64,000 nt of DNA from contig NC_133617.1 in NCBI RefSeq assembly GCF_048593235.1, forward strand, positions 77,088,937-77,152,936. Direction: 5' to 3'. Source of the DNA: Sminthopsis crassicaudata. Lineage: Eukaryota. Shown one piece after another: positions 48,805 to 61,214 of the stretch; positions within the stretch are counted from its first letter, which is position 1; the number at the start of each line of letters is the position of its first letter. The notes under the pieces were generated by a model, which saw only the letters and a program-made list of their open reading frames with translations, ran no database searches and had not been told where the DNA came from. The translations under genes and the position numbers were made by a program.

Positions 48805-49083
48805 ACTCATGGGTGCACGCTTGTGTGTGTGCTAACTTTTTCAGGCTGGGACTTTTGGCCACAGAGTTCTTGAATTGACATCTCTCGTTCTACAGACATA
48901 CTCTTTCCCCAAACTTTGTCATCTCCACAGGATGCTTTTCTTCCCGTCTCATTGGTCCTTCCCCAGAAAGATTCAGGGAGAATGTTTCATAGTCCTTCCT
49001 ATCAGGGCTGAGTGCACCATGCACACAGACTTGTCTTTTCCCTCACTTTTAAAATTCTTTTTGTTGCTGTTGTTATTCTAATC
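48714..49083 (-). repeat. Inverted repeat, right arm (with expanded TG microsatellite)
   Basis: Partner of the left arm at 46711-47060; the (TG)n at about 48752-48798 is expanded only in this arm. Confidence 0.95.
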
Positions 49084-51292
49084 TTAACAAATATCAAGTA
49101 AAAGCACATTTCCTTATACGTGCTAGAACAGAAAAAGATTGTACATGAAACTAGGAGTCTCTTACAATTTGCTATTCTAAGTTGAGAATAAATCCAACAT
49201 GAAACTTTAAAATTCTCTTGTCTATCTGTGATTCTTTCTGATCTTTCTTCTATTCTTCTCTGTGCATTCTTTTAAAATGACAAATAGGTTTTCACAAGCC
49301 CTTGTTATGAAATTCTGATTTTATCTCAGCAGCCCAGGACAAACACTGTTGCCCCTTCACTCTTAACAATTTTGGTCTCCTCTAGAGGAAGTCCTCAATA
49401 GTTGGTTTCCATAGCAGGATCTGCTCTCTTATTACCCATATTATCTGACAGAAAGAAGGGAGCCAAGCCTTGAGAGTGGCTCCCTAAAGCTCAAGGTAAG
49501 GGCAAAGTTGGCAGTGGGGGAAGCTTAGAACCTGAGCTAGCTGCACTTTGAAAGGAAGGCTCCCACAGGCTGTGGAGGGAGTGGGAATGCCAATGCATTT
49601 GATAAAGGAAGCATCCCCTTGTTTGAGTAACTTTCTGGGGGACTAGGGGCATCAGGGCTTTTACTTCCTTCCTTGCACCCAGGATTTAATCTGTTGCCTG
49701 TGTTCCTGAGGGCAGAAGAGCTCTCCCAGTGCTGATATGGATCTGTAAGAGGATATAATTGATTCTATTTTGTTGTCAAACTGCAGAACTAGTTGCAGCA
49801 GTTGCTTTCCTTCATTGTCCTTTTTACTCTTCATTGGTTACAAAGAACTACTACAAAAAGAAGGCTTCACCAATTCAAGAAATGTTCCTTCCCTGTACCC
49901 TGCCTGAAGGTGGGTGTGTAGTTAGTTCCTTTTAATTTAGTACAACTAGCTCTACTAATAAAGATACATCCTTTCTCTAGCTTCGATAGTTAGTGATGTG
50001 CTTTCTTCTTCATGAGCACACCTTAAAAAAATAATCACCTATCTGCAGCCATCTTTTTATTTTTTTCACATGTAAATATTAAGAACTGAATTGTGAATGA
50101 CACACATTTCTACAACTTCTGATAGAGTGTGTTAACCTCAGAGTGAACAAACTAGTCAAATCTGTTTCTGGCTCATGCTGACTTATTGGCTGTGGCTAGT
50201 AGATGGATTCATGCAAAAAGTTTTCCCACAAATAGATCCTGTGGGGGAAACACTTTCTATTTCTTCACAAAACAAAAACAAAACTCCACTGTGTCATAAG
50301 TAAAAAATTGTAGTAAAACTCTATCAGCTTTTAAAACAGGTTAGGGTTGGTTAGAGACCTGGAGTTCAGATCTAGTTTCAAACATTTAAATGTGTGACTT
50401 GCTACAAGATACTTCACCTCCCTCTGCCTAGGAGGCAGCCAGGTGGTTCAGTGAATAGAGGTCAGGAAGATCAGAATTCAAACCTATCCTTAGATGCTTG
50501 TGTGTGTCCTAGGCAAGTCACTTAATTTCCACCTTAATAACTTGGAGGAGGAGATGGTGGACTGAACACTGCAGTGTTTTTGTCAAGAAAATCTCATAGA
50601 CAGTATGGCCAACAACTGAACAACAACAAGGGTTAAGGGTCTCCGAACTTTAGAAAATCTCCAGGAAAGCCAAGAAAATTTTTATGGCCAATTTCTGGTC
50701 AGCTTTGGAAGGTCTGAGCACTATTCAAAATAAGAAATAGTTAATTGATGACTGGAAATAAAAACATTAGTTAAAAGGGTACTAAACAGTAGCTAGTTAT
50801 TTGTATTTCTTTAACTTGCTTTAAATTGCAAATCACTTTATAGTAGATTAGAAAATACTTATTGCATTGAACTATTTCACAAGTTTAATTTTTTTATAGA
50901 AAAATTATTCTTGAGTAGTGGAAGCATGTATTATATTAAGAGATGCCTTATTGGGAAACTTGTGTGGCTTCCCTGTCTCCTTGGTGACAACTACTCAACT
51001 CCAGGAATAGAACCTTGGAGAAAATACCCTCACAGGGACCTGATTTGTAGATTTAGGGACCAAACCATGAGCCAACTTAGCAAAGGGTCCAAAAGGAAGT
51101 TCCTGCAAAATTTGTGAGAGTTTGGCAGGGTGAAGAAGGGCAGGCAGCTCTCATGGTGGGGTCTCAGTCCAGAAGGTCTGGGAAAGAAAGTAGAGATGGA
51201 GTGCTGTCTGGCTAGGTGTGTACATTATAGTCTGAGGGACTGTCTGTTGATATGTGCAGTCTCTTTCTTTTTTTTTTTCAGATTAAAATAAA

Positions 51293-51298
51293 TTTATT
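51293..51298 (-). terminator. Poly(A) signal of an orphan minus-strand 3' end
   Basis: Minus strand reads ataAATAAAtttattttaatctg followed by an A-run (T-run 51268-51278 on +), at the end of a U-rich stretch. Confidence 0.5.
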
Positions 51299-54200
51299 AT
51301 ATACAAAAATATGCATGCTGGAAACAAATGGTATATTAAGTATACAAAACAAAAGAAAAAGATACTAAATAAAATAAATGTTTTAAATGTAAATACTCAA
51401 ACAAAATGCACAATATTTATGCGGAAAAACAAAGTATTTAAAGAAATGTATATTTCAAATAAAATGTCAATAATGCTAAATAAAAACATACTAACTTCTA
51501 AATGCTTGTAAATCAAGAATCACTATCAGTAGGAAACAAATGAAACCCAACAATCATAGACATTTTTAAAGGATTATCTTGGGAAAAGTACTGGCAATAC
51601 TAACTGATACAAGATAAAACCTTTAAGCCCCTGGCAAATGTTTTTTTTTTTTTTTTTAATATATAAATGTTTTGGGTCCTATTCACAAAGTATCTTCCCT
51701 CTCATTTCATTCTCTCTTTTCTTCAATGAGTGCATAGTTTCTTAAAATTTTTTTGACTCTTGTCCTGTAAATTGATGGGGTAAATTGACATGTGCAATTT
51801 TACAAGAATGATGATCACCTGGTCCTCTCTTCTCTCTACTGTAAAAGGAGGCAGCTGACTTATACAGATAAATACAGTAACAGACTATCTGCAGGTGGAT
51901 TGCTTTCACCCAATATTCTCTCACATGAGGAGGGGTCATTAATTACATTCTGGTTCACTCCTTGAGCAGCTGGCATGAAGTTGCATCAAAGCCCTGGCTT
52001 TTCCTTTATCATACAGTTTCAGGCTTTCAGGTTAAAGCAGGAGAACAATTGTATTTGGTCTTAAATCTATTACTCATCAGAAAGCACCTCACAGCTCAGT
52101 GCAGCTCAGAATAAGGCAATGGGTGAGGATGGAAGGAGGGGAGGAGAGGATGAATTTGGGCAGAGATGCTGATCATTAGCACTCTGCAGATTGGATGACT
52201 TTCCAAGGGTGAGTCAGAGACAAGGTTATGGGGAATAGATATATGTATGATGAGTTCTTTTTGCAGCCTGAGTTTTTGTCCTCTATATTAATACTCTCTT
52301 CTCTGACAGGCAGTCCTAAGGAGGTCATTCCCTCCACAATGAAAAGTTTAAGGGACGATATAGTTGTTAGGTCAAAACCTTCTGGGTCCTGTAGATGTCA
52401 GTCTCTTCGGCTGTCACTCTGACTTCTTTCCCTGGCAGAGAATCCATTAATCCTGAATTTTGAGACTGCAAACTCAAAAATAGTCAGGAGCCTCATAATG
52501 TCATCTGCTTTGTTGACATTCTTTCTGCACAAGGAACCTTTCTGGCTAAATCAGAAAGTACAGCACGACTTGGAGCAATGAACCACATAAAGTAATGAGA
52601 AAAAATACAGTAGGGTAAACAACCCTGCAGGGTTCAGGGGTTCTTGCCTCATGATGCATCTATTGATTACTCCTGAGTCGCAGGTTGCATTTTATGGAGT
52701 ATCCCACATAATTTGAGCATTTAACGTTGATTATGGCTCCTGTTGGTCCTGTCTCACCAACAGGAATATAAGCTGGCAAAGTCTAGCAAGAGAGTTATAT
52801 GGTCATATGGATGGTTATAGTTTCCAGCATATGTGATTTATATGACTGAAATCACTAGAAGAGCCCAGCGTAGTCCTACTGATTTATGCTCTAAAGGAAT
52901 TTTTGACTGAAACAAATAAACATGTCTATACTCCCTTGACTTCCTGAAGGATCAATATAACCACGATTCTCCTTTTCTCCAATTTCATATGCGTCACAGA
53001 AACCCTTTCATTAACCCTTTTTACTAACCTGCCCTCGATTCTTCTTCTTGACCTTCCAAATCTTTTCCTAGCCCCCTAAAAATAATAGTTCTCCGTAGAC
53101 CATAATCTGAGCAGAAGAAGGAGCCTCTGGGCACTACAGAGAGGCAGCAGAGTCCTAGTCTCACTTGTAATGGGTAGGTACTTAGTATGACTAGGTAGTA
53201 CACTTCTCTCAGGGCTTTAGTTTCCCCATGATGGGATTGAAATAAACCCTTTCAGCTCTAAATTAAATCCTAAATTATTAATTAAAATGCAATTTCTGGT
53301 CACATTTGGAAGGTCTGACAAAAAGAAAGGCTGTACACCAGGATTGTCCTTGGAGTCAAGGGCTTTTATATGTTGATCTGAATATGGGTCTTCAGATTTG
53401 CCCATGGGCTTCTGGATGAGAGCTTTCAACCGCACAGCAAATTTCAATTACCATACAAGTCAGGGGAACAGGTAAAACTCCAACATAGTGCCTACCAGCT
53501 GTCTGGCTGACAACCTGCTTCACAGGAGGCTATTTGCCTAGCACTAGCCATTCCTGTAAATCCAGACCACGTCACTGACAAGTCCCGGTAGAGCTTTAGC
53601 ATCTGAAAGAAACCAACCTCTGGCACTCTTGACTCCTCCTACCTTTTCTGAACCAACCATATTTAATTAGCCCCTAGAATCCTGGGGGTAATTTACTACA
53701 AGAAACACCCTGAGTCCCTGCCCCCCCAGTTTGCTAGTCTAGAATCTCTGACATAGCCAAACTTTTGGATGGTCCCTGGAATAGAGGGAAGAGACTTGTT
53801 CTGTTTGGCTCTTGAGGCTCAAACCGAGCACAATATAAATTGCAAACAAGAAAATTTAGGCTCTGTATATTGAAAACCAAACAATATGAGCTATCCAAAA
53901 GGGGACTGTGCTTCCTGGGGACATATTGGACTCCCCCTCGTTGGAAGTGGTCGAGTAAAGGTTAAATGACATTTATTGGCTAGGATGTAGAGGGGAATTC
54001 TTGTTCTGCACAAGTTGGAAGTAAATGGCCTCTGGGATTCTTCCAACTCTTAGTTCCTGAAGGAGACACAAAAGGGGGCAGCAGCCAACAGCCCCGCCTC
54101 TCTAAAAGCCATTTGGATACAAAATCCAGGGCGTATAGAAAGTAGCAGTCTGTCAGGACACCTGATGGACTCCTGAGATAACCCTGGGGACCAAAGCCTG

Positions 54201-54619
54201 CTGCCGACCATCCTGCAGGCTGGGAGGATAAAGAAGCTCCCGAAGACTGAGCACATGAAGCCTGCTCCCACTGACTACTCCATTCATTCATTCATTCATT
54301 CAACATTTCTTAAGAACCTCCATCCACTGTGCTGGGAAAGGGTAGCGAAGGCTGCTAGTGCTTGGATTACAAGCAAGGGGTGGAAGGGAGAACGGGGTTT
54401 AGCCAGATTCTTCCCGAACCCGATTCTTGTGCCAAGGCCAGTCAGCCCATCTTGCCCACATTTAGCTTTATTAAGGACCAACTCAGCTGGGGAAAAGCTG
54501 CCCAGAGTGGAAAGGATGAGTGGGAGCCGAAATGCTAGGAGAGAGACCAGGGATGGATGGCTGCCCAGGGGATCAGTGTCATTATCAGGGGGAGGGGAGT
54601 CAGAGGACAAGGGTTTAGA

Positions 54620-55450
54620 TTAGGGGTGACGGCTCCGCCGGGAGTTGGGGAGCGGTAGGGAGATGGGGAAGTGGGCAGCCGCCCAGGGAACTAGGGCCAG
54701 GCGAGGAGCTTGAGTGGCTCCCAGAGGTGGGGGTGCGAGAATCCCGGCTGCCGGCAGACTGACCTTGGGCTGGTCTTCCTGGGCGCTGCCCCGGAGCCCA
54801 GCGGTCCTCGCAGAGAGGGAAGGGGCCTGGAGAATGCTGACACTTCTTCCTCCTCAGCTCCCCCTAGGGTGCCTGCCTTCCCTTCCCCAAAGCCCTCCCG
54901 ACCCTCGGGCCCCTCACCTGTCGGGTCCCCCGGCGAGCGGCTCCCGCCATGGCCCCGCGGCACCTCGGCCCCGGGCGGGCGGGGTGGGCAGAACCGGACC
55001 AGACAGGACTGGACGGGACACCAGAGGGAGGACGCGGGCCCGGCAGACCAGACGCAGACTGATCCAGAGAGCGGGTCGGGCCACGCGCCCAAAGGCCCGA
55101 GCCGTTGCGCGTGTCTGCGCGTGTCGTGCGTGTGAATTGCTACAGAGGGGAGGGTGCCCAACGTTCCGAGCGCGTGCGGGTAGATGGAAGCTAGTGCGCC
55201 TTCCCGGACTCGTCCACCCCTCCCCCTTCCTTATCCTCGCCTCAAGCTTCCTCTTCTCCCCACCTCAGATCTAGTCTTTTCAAGTCTTGAGCCCCCCATG
55301 GATCGCGTCATGGGTTCGCCAGGCCAATCGCAAGGCCGCCTCGTGATGTCAGGGCCACGGGGGGGGGGGGGAGGGAGGGTTAGGGAGCCCTCTCTCCTTA
55401 ACTCTTTCCACGCTCCTCTGGGATGAGGGGAGCCGCGGGAGGAGACCTTG
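54620..55450 (-). promoter_or_regulatory. CpG island with a minus-strand first exon (donor at 54918); probable distal LRRC24 promoter
   Basis: CpG-dense. On - reads gccATGg at 54950, then CAG|gtgagg at 54918/54917. LRRC24 coding exon 1 has an acceptor upstream of its ATG, so it needs an upstream exon. Confidence 0.6.
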
Positions 55451-56559
55451 ATCTGTTTCCCTTTTCGTCTCCCCACTAGGGAGCCTTTCTCCAGGCACGT
55501 GACTCGGGTACCCAAACAGACCTGGGGAGGAAGGTGGGGAGGTTTTCCGTGTCTCTGAGGAAAAGATCTCTCTATGGCCGCAGATGAGAAGGCTAGGGTG
55601 GCCACAGCTACAGCTTCTCCAACAGATCGTTCTGTAAATTCCTTAGAAATCGGAGCCACTGCCACAAGCACCCAGGGTTCCGATCGGCAGGAAGACTAGG
55701 TCAGGAGCTTGGAGATCCGCATCAGAACTAAGCTTTCTCAACTGCGGGTGTTCAAGTTTTGCATTTCAGGCCTAATAGTGACTGGAGTCCTCAGCACCAC
55801 GGAGAGCTCTCTCATCCTAGCCCACAATTACCGTGTGGAACGAGACAATCATCAAAGTGTGTAAAGTTGAATTGAGTGTTGGGGGAAAGTGAGTATCTAA
55901 GGGAAAGGGACTGATGGGCCTGGAATTCCTCCTTTCATATTCGGGGTCTCCTTCCTCCTCTATAATTCTCCCGGCCAAAGCTGACAAAATATTTAGAGGG
56001 TGAAGAGAGGGAACATTCAGAGGCTACCTCCGTAGATTTGTAGATTCTACTAAGATTAAACATATAAAGAAAAACACTCACACAGCTACAGAAAGCCCGT
56101 GTGAAACATAGATATTTGGATACATGCATTTACAGTTGTGCAGAGGCAAAACTAAGGATTCAGATGTGCACATGGTGCATCTACTACCTTCTTCAAAGAC
56201 TGTGAAAAATAAGAGCCTTTTTATATTTTCAAAGTACCTTTCCCACAACAGTTCTGTATGGTAAGTAGAACAAATACTGTTTTCATATTTCAAAGATAAG
56301 GAAAGTGAGACTCAAAGATGGCAAGTCACTTCCCTTAGGATCATACAGCTAGCAACAGAACTGAAGACTAGAATCCAGGTCATAGGAACATAGATCCAGA
56401 ACTGGAAGAGACCTTGGAGATTATTAAGTCTAACTTTATTTTAAAGATTGGAAATTGAGACCCAAAGAGGTTGAATAATTTGTCCAATGTCAAAGATGTA
56501 ATATAGCAGAGCCAGGATTTGAAACCAAATCTTCTGATTTCAGATCCAGCATTCTTTCC

Positions 56560-58150
56560 ATTGAACCAATAGATTTTAATCTACAAGATTTAATTTTTCC
56601 TATTAACAAAAATATCTTTCCACTTCTTCCTTCAATTGGGAAAAAGAAAAATCCTTATGATGATTATGCAGTCAAGAAAAATAAATTCTCACATTGAATA
56701 TATTTTTTTAATTGTCTCATTCTATATCCTAAGTCCATTCTCTCTCCATCAGGAGGTTGGCAGCAAGCTTTGCAATAATGGCTAGTCTTAAATCTTTTAA
56801 AGTTGTTTTATTTTACAGTTATTGTGTAAACGATTTTCATCTGCTCATTTCCTTCTGCATCAGGTCATACATGTCTTTCCATATTTCATTGAAACTATTC
56901 CTTTTATAATTGTTTATGGTGCAATTCCATCACATTCATATGTTGCAATTTATCAATTCATTTCTTAATTGATGGGCACCCCCTTAGTTTCCAGTTGCCA
57001 CTACAAAAAGAGCTGCTCAATTTGTTGAAGATAGAGGTCTTTTTCTTCTTTTTTGATCTCTTTGGGGTGTTGGATCTAGTACTGATATTTCTGGGTCAAA
57101 AGATATGTAATTTAGTGACTTTTCAAGCATAGTTTCAAATTGCTTTCTAGTATAGTTAAATCATTTCAGTCAAGGTGGCGAAATGGATAGAGCACCAGCC
57201 CTGAAGTAAGGAGGGACCTGAGTTCAAATGTGACCTCAGACACTTAACACTTCCTAGCAGTGTGACCCTGGGCAAGTCACTTAACCCAAATTCCCTGGGG
57301 GGGGGGGGGAACTTTATTAGAAAAAGATCTCTCCCCCCATCCAGTGATCTGCTTTCTTTTAAATTTTAGATGAAATGGTGTGTAAAATGTTCTCTCATTC
57401 TTTCTAATTCTTGTTTTGTCAGTTCATTTCCTGTTCATTGATCCTTGCTCCACTAATATATGCTTCCTTTTTTTGGTCTAAATCACATACCTTTTTTGCC
57501 CTTTATTGTTGTTTTTTTCAAGTGAATGCTTGGCTCAGTAATGGGATTCTTAGGTTTATGAAACTCTATGGACTGCATTTGCTTCTCATTGTTGTGAATT
57601 TATTTCACTGATCAATCTATCAAAATCAAATCATTTTGAGGATTACTGCTCTATACTATAGTTTAAGATCTGGTACATCTAGCTTCCTTCCTACTTTTCA
57701 TAATTTCCCTTTTTATTTTTCCACCTGAATTCCTCCCCCCCCCCCCCCACCTCAGCTCTATAAAGTATCCTTTGGTAGCCTGATTGAGAGCATTGATTTA
57801 TGTATCATTGTCATTTTTTATGTCTACTCATGAATTAGCTGACTCCCCCCCCCCAATTATTTAGGTCAATCTTTTTTTTTTTTCTACGAATAGTATTTAT
57901 ATAGTTTTTATGTGTCTTGATAGGTAGCCTCCCAGCAGTTATTTTATTGCTAATATACATATACCAGTTGATTACAAGATACAGAAAGCCATGGAGTAAT
58001 TTTCATTTTTATATCCCTAGCACTTAGTTTTTGCCCACAGAAGGCATTGTTTGCTGGATTGAGAAAAAAATCATCGTACCATCTTTGTGCTTCTGTATGG
58101 AGTCCTACCTGTTTGTAGGGATTTTTCCACTAAAAGAATGCTTTGTAAAT
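56560..58150 (-). mobile_element. Antisense L1 fragments
   Basis: T-rich antisense L1 motifs (gggcaccccttagtttccagtt..gccactacaaaaagagctgct; gcattgattt). Confidence 0.6.
57168..57310 (+). mobile_element. WSINE1-type CORE-SINE inserted in an L1 fragment
   Basis: ggtggcgaaatggatagagcaccagccctgaagt..gagttcaaat..cacttaacacttcctagc..gggcaagtcacttaaccc. Confidence 0.85.
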
Positions 58151-58879
58151 TATAATGTGCTATGTAAATTAATGGCATTTTGGTATGGTGAAAAGAACAA
58201 TGGACTTAGGAGTCAGGTGCCCTTACTATTCATAAGGCTATAAGTTACTTTCCTCTGAAATCTTTGTTTCTTCATTTTACAAATGAGGAAAATTGTTTCA
58301 TACTTCTACTAAAGCCCTCTTACTATGACTCCTCATGGCAAGGTGACCAGATTCTCAGACTGTCAGAAGTGTACAAATTCTGCAAAGTCTTACTAAGTTA
58401 GATTCTTAAGTACAGTTCTGGTGATGAATTATGTTCTTGCTCTTTGAGCACCAGTCTGGTGGTAAAAGTTCATAAGATGGTTTGCCACTGAGGGATGAAT
58501 TTTTTGGTCTTAGCAACTCAGGAAGAAACATTTATTAAGATGTGGAAACTGATGCAATCTCTACTGGTGAAAGGAGGACTCAACTAGATCACTGACTCTA
58601 ATAGTCTGAATATTCCAATAGCCAGTTTTCTCCCCCCAAAAATCTCTTATTAAAAGACTTTGAAATACTGAAGCAACTAATATTTGCACTCCTTCCTTCT
58701 GGAGCTATTGTGATGAAAATGCTGAATAAGAGCTTTTGTTCTCATTTTGCTGATAAGTGTACAGAGATCTGTATGCATGTGTATTTTCTGATAGAACCCA
58801 TAATCCTAAAAGGTGCTTTGGAACTCATATTGGTATGCACATAGTGGAATGAGGCTCTGCTAAAGCAGCTCTGAGTTTA

Positions 58880-60240
58880 GTTATATAATCTTCCACTCTC
58901 ACATCTCATCTTCGCTGGCTTTCTCATACTGACAAACTTTAATGGTGGATTACTTCCATCATAGATAACTTTGTAATTTAACTTCAACTGGGTTCATACA
59001 TGTTACTCCTCCCTAATTCACTATCCCACTCTTCATGATTCTAAACCTCTATTTTCCTTTCTCATTTCCACACACTATATCCTTCCTCCATCCTCTTAAC
59101 TGAGGTTTTCATCTTCCACCTGGCATCACCTGCCAATATTTCTTTACTTCAGTCTCCAATGAAGAGTGGGATCCCCTTTCATCCCAAGACCAATACTTCA
59201 CTAGGTACCCTTGATCTCATTTTTTTTTTTTTCTTCAGAAAACTGTCTCCCAGTACCACCTTTAATCATGCCCTATTACTTCCTTATTTATAAATACACC
59301 CAAGGCCCTATTCTCAAAAATCCCTCCTTAGGTGCCACCATCAATGCTGCCTTCCTCTCCTTTTCTTAACATCAATGCTGCCTTCCTCTCCTTTTCTTAA
59401 CTGTACTCTGGAAATTCCATCATTTGGATCCTCAGTTTCCTCTTTTTTAAACCTTCTGTAAATATGGCTCCGACTCCATCATGCAACTGAAATTGCTCTC
59501 TCCAAAGTTACCAAGAGTCTCTCTTAAACCAAAGAGTAAAACCCAAACGTTTGACTGAGTACTGTCCTCTTCTTCGTCGGTATGTCTTCTGAGTTTTGGG
59601 AACACTGCCCTGTTCTAGTTCTCCCACCAACCCCATCTGCTGCACTGGAGGACCATCACTCATAGCAAAGCCCCTCGGGTGCTCCACATAACTATCCTGA
59701 GTCTTCTCTTTTCTCTCAAAATGCTCACTTAAGTGACCTCATCAGATCAAGCCAGAGGATATATGCAAAACTGCCAAGTACTGTATCGGTGCTGTTTAAA
59801 TTCATGGGTTTAAATATCTCATAAAGGCATTACTCTATTCAGTCTCTCTTCTTCACTTCTGGTTTCGACACTACTATGCTTCCCATTTCCGAGGTGTGCA
59901 ACTTTAGTCTATATACCCAAATGGCTGTCAAATTTTCTAATTTTTAGTTCCACATGTCTTGGATACAATTTCTTCTTTCTACTCACACAAGTATCCCTTC
60001 CAAAACCACTTTCTATTTTGTATTTTTATATTTCAGTCTTGTCTTTGTATCCCTACCACCTGGCAAAATGGATGGCACAGCAATCAGTGCTTTGGGAAAG
60101 GAGGGAGGGCATGAGTAATCAGGGCAATCAGGAAAGACAATGTTGATTTTAAGCTCCACGAGAGCAAACTGTTCTTTTTAATGCTTGTATCTTTAGTGCT
60201 CAGAATAGGGCCTACCATATAGCAGCCACAATGTTTTTTG
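58880..60240 (+). mobile_element. Degraded L2 LINE
   Basis: caactgaaattgctctctccaaagttacc motif and L2 tail (cttgtatctttagtgctcag..). Confidence 0.6.
59339..59400 (+). repeat. Perfect 31-bp direct tandem duplication
   Basis: catcaatgctgccttcctctccttttcttaa repeated twice. Confidence 0.95.
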
Positions 60241-60768
60241 ATTTAAACTGAATTCAGGTGTGCAGAGTGTGAAGCCTGAACCACCCCTGCTTCCATCCTC
60301 AGGAAGAAGTGGCAAAGGCCCAAGGTGTTTACACAGGGACAGGTGGGGATGAAGGCCCTTTCCTTTAAGGCCTTGTCATTAGTCCTTCTCTTGGCACAGT
60401 GCAACAGGACTCTTTGTCCTTCTATCCCACAGCTCCCCAAGGCCATTCCAGAATCCCCACTGCTGGGAGAACGCTCTGGTTCTAACGCTTCCACTCTACC
60501 CTACTCACCTTCCTTTGATCAGTGGGCTGTACCAGCCTCAGTCACAAAAAGGCAATAAGCACATCACAGGAAGGAATTTCTCTTAATCCTTATTAGGAAG
60601 CTTTAGCTCCAGGAACTATCTTTCCTAAGACTCTCCTCCCATTGTCCTTCTCAGGAACAGCAACCTCGGGGCCTTAGGCTGGTCATGTCCCTGAAGGTTA
60701 CTACCTGTTTGGACCTCCACCTTCCTGAGGCAGAGGAAGACAGCAGGTGAAGAAGGGGGTCCAATGCT

Positions 60769-61214
60769 TCAGGGCCCACAGGATTTAGGAAAGAGGGATG
60801 CAAGGTCCATGGTTAGGGGATATTTCTGGCCTTGCCACAAGATATGGGTGGGCAGGGTGGCCCCTCCTGGTGGGTACTGGAAGCAGCTACTGAGCTCAAA
60901 GGCCAGGGAAGAGCGGACCAGCCCCACACCACCAGCCAGTTTGGGTGCTGGGTGATAGAGACGTCCGTTGGCAGGGAGGGGCATCAGTCGGGCAGGTTCG
61001 AAGGGTACAGCCAGGGCCTCTCCCCCTCCCCCATAGGAGAGGCGTGCGGGTCCCGGACCATCTTCCAGTAGGTGTGTGAAGACCACGGGGAGATCGTCAC
61101 AGCGCACAAAATTGCGTTCACGGCCACAAAGCGAGACAAAGGGAAAGGCATCTTCATAGCGACCACTTTGGTTCTTCCTCAGGCGGGAGAAGAAAAAGAC
61201 CAGGAACTGTCGGT
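60769..61214 (-). CDS. C8orf82: C8orf82 coding exon 3
   Basis: DRQFLVFFFSRLR..CGRERNFVRCDDLPVVFTHLL..GGVGLVRSSLAFELS; TGA at 60769-60771. Confidence 0.94.

Noticed and set aside
46711-49083. DNA transposon with long TIRs
   Set aside because: No target-site duplication and no transposase; the spacer is ordinary L1/MIR/unique sequence. Kept as an inverted duplication instead.
52320-52906. Decayed coding sequence of a membrane protein (hydrophobic patches on the minus strand)
   Set aside because: Stop density is at random expectation in the frames read and no family was recognised.
53560-53602. KRAB-A exon (LYRD motif)
   Set aside because: Only four residues match; no VTFEDV or MLENY motif and no zinc-finger exon nearby.
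54691-55274. Long ORFs on both strands in the 55-kb island
   Set aside because: Expected by chance in GC-rich DNA; only the short Kozak-ATG-plus-donor segment is considered.
57168-57310. tRNA gene
   Set aside because: A/B-box-like head followed by the CORE-SINE body and tail; this is a SINE, not a cloverleaf tRNA.
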